A DNA stretch of 24,815 nucleotides. It comes from a virus (taxonomy: Duplodnaviria > Caudoviricetes). The stretch is taken from positions 1 to 24,815 of the IMG/VR virus record IMGVR_UViG_3300037692_000289; one strand, written 5' to 3'. Numbering within the stretch: position 1 is the first letter of the stretch; every line of letters starts with the position of its first letter. This document shows, one piece after another, positions 24,020-24,815 of this stretch. The position numbers and the translations under genes are program-made. A model generated the notes under the pieces. That model was not told the origin of the DNA. It was given only the letters and a program-made list of their open reading frames with translations, and ran no database searches.

Positions 24020-24815
24020 TGGCGCAGCAGTCTGACACCGTTGGAATCCCAAAGAGGCTGCCTCTAGTTAGCCAGGCTGCGAACCGGGATACTTCGCCGG
24101 CGAAAGACGCGAGGATGGTGAATTGCTTTGCAGAGAGAGCGGGGGAGAGCGACTACCGGATTTATAAGCGACCTGGCCTACTGGAAATCGCGAGTCTGTC
24201 TGAGACGGGAGTAGGCAGGGGGATGTACAACTGGCGGGGGAATGTTTACACTGTCTTCGGAGCGGCCTTGTTCAAGAATGGGACCAGCCTCGGGACAGTG
24301 GACGCGAACGGGATTTACCACTTCAGTGAGTGTCTAGGCGGAACCCCGCGGCTGTTCCTCGCGAATGGGATTGAGGCTTACACGTGGGACGACTCAACCT
24401 TGACCAACGTGACAGATGCGGACTTCCCCTCCGCCTTTGTCCCAGGAAGTGCGTACCTCGACGCCACGACTTACGTCATGACAGCCGCCGCGGTTATTCA
24501 AGGAAGCGACCTCGACGACCCCGAGGCGTGGGAGCCTTTGAACTTCATCACCGCTCAGATCGAGCCTGACCAGGGCGTCGCAATAGCGAAACAGCTTGTC
24601 TACGTCGTTGCATTTAAGCAGTGGACCACGGAGATCTTCTACGACGCGGAGAACCCGACGGGGAGTCCGCTTGGTGCAGTCCAAGGCGCGAAGGTCTCCT
24701 TCGGCTGTGCGAATGGGGAGAGCGTCCAGCGGATTGATGACACGCTGCTCTGGCTCTCCACCACGCGGGAGGCCCAGCCACAGGTCGTGCTGATGAGTAA
24801 TCTCAAGGCCGAGGT
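24019..24815 (+). CDS. Tail hub / DNA-stabilisation protein (P22 gp10-like), truncated by the window end
   Basis: ATG24019 (TAATG overlap); hand translation gives MAQQSDTVGIPKRLPL...MVNCFAE...YKRPGL...LNFITAQIEPD...FKQWTTEIFYD...GCANGESV with no stop seen before the edge. Confidence 0.8.
   Translation, partial: MAQQSDTVGIPKRLPLVSQAANRDTSPAKDARMVNCFAERAGESDYRIYKRPGLLEIASLSETGVGRGMYNWRGNVYTVFGAALFKNGTSLGTVDANGIYHFSECLGGTPRLFLANGIEAYTWDDSTLTNVTDADFPSAFVPGSAYLDATTYVMTAAAVIQGSDLDDPEAWEPLNFITAQIEPDQGVAIAKQLVYVVAFKQWTTEIFYDAENPTGSPLGAVQGAKVSFGCANGESVQRIDDTLLWLSTTREAQPQVVLMSNLKAE

Overview
A 24.8-kb piece of a GC-rich tailed dsDNA phage with P22-like podovirus morphogenesis genes; no integrase, lysis, tRNA, CRISPR or host gene is visible. 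Positions 1-5030 hold about 15 small leftward (probably early) genes, with three sigma70-type promoters, many GC-rich hairpins, two families of start-associated repeats and a ~280-bp degenerate palindrome around an A-tract (candidate origin). Positions 5040-5700 are a non-coding control region. It has two back-to-back consensus sigma54 (-24/-12) promoters with a perfect IHF consensus exactly midway, followed by three copies of a quasi-palindromic enhancer-like repeat and NtrC-like and PhaR-like boxes. From 5715 to the end is a rightward packaging/virion operon: putative TerS, small ORFs, a 703-aa fibre-like protein whose N-terminus is a paralog of the putative capsid decoration protein, TerL, portal, GroES, scaffold, decoration protein, major capsid protein, several fibre/beta-helix proteins, a Lar-like zinc finger, a 22-aa repeat protein, and P22 gp4-like and gp10-like (truncated) proteins. 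All product calls come from motifs and gene order read by eye; no database search was run.
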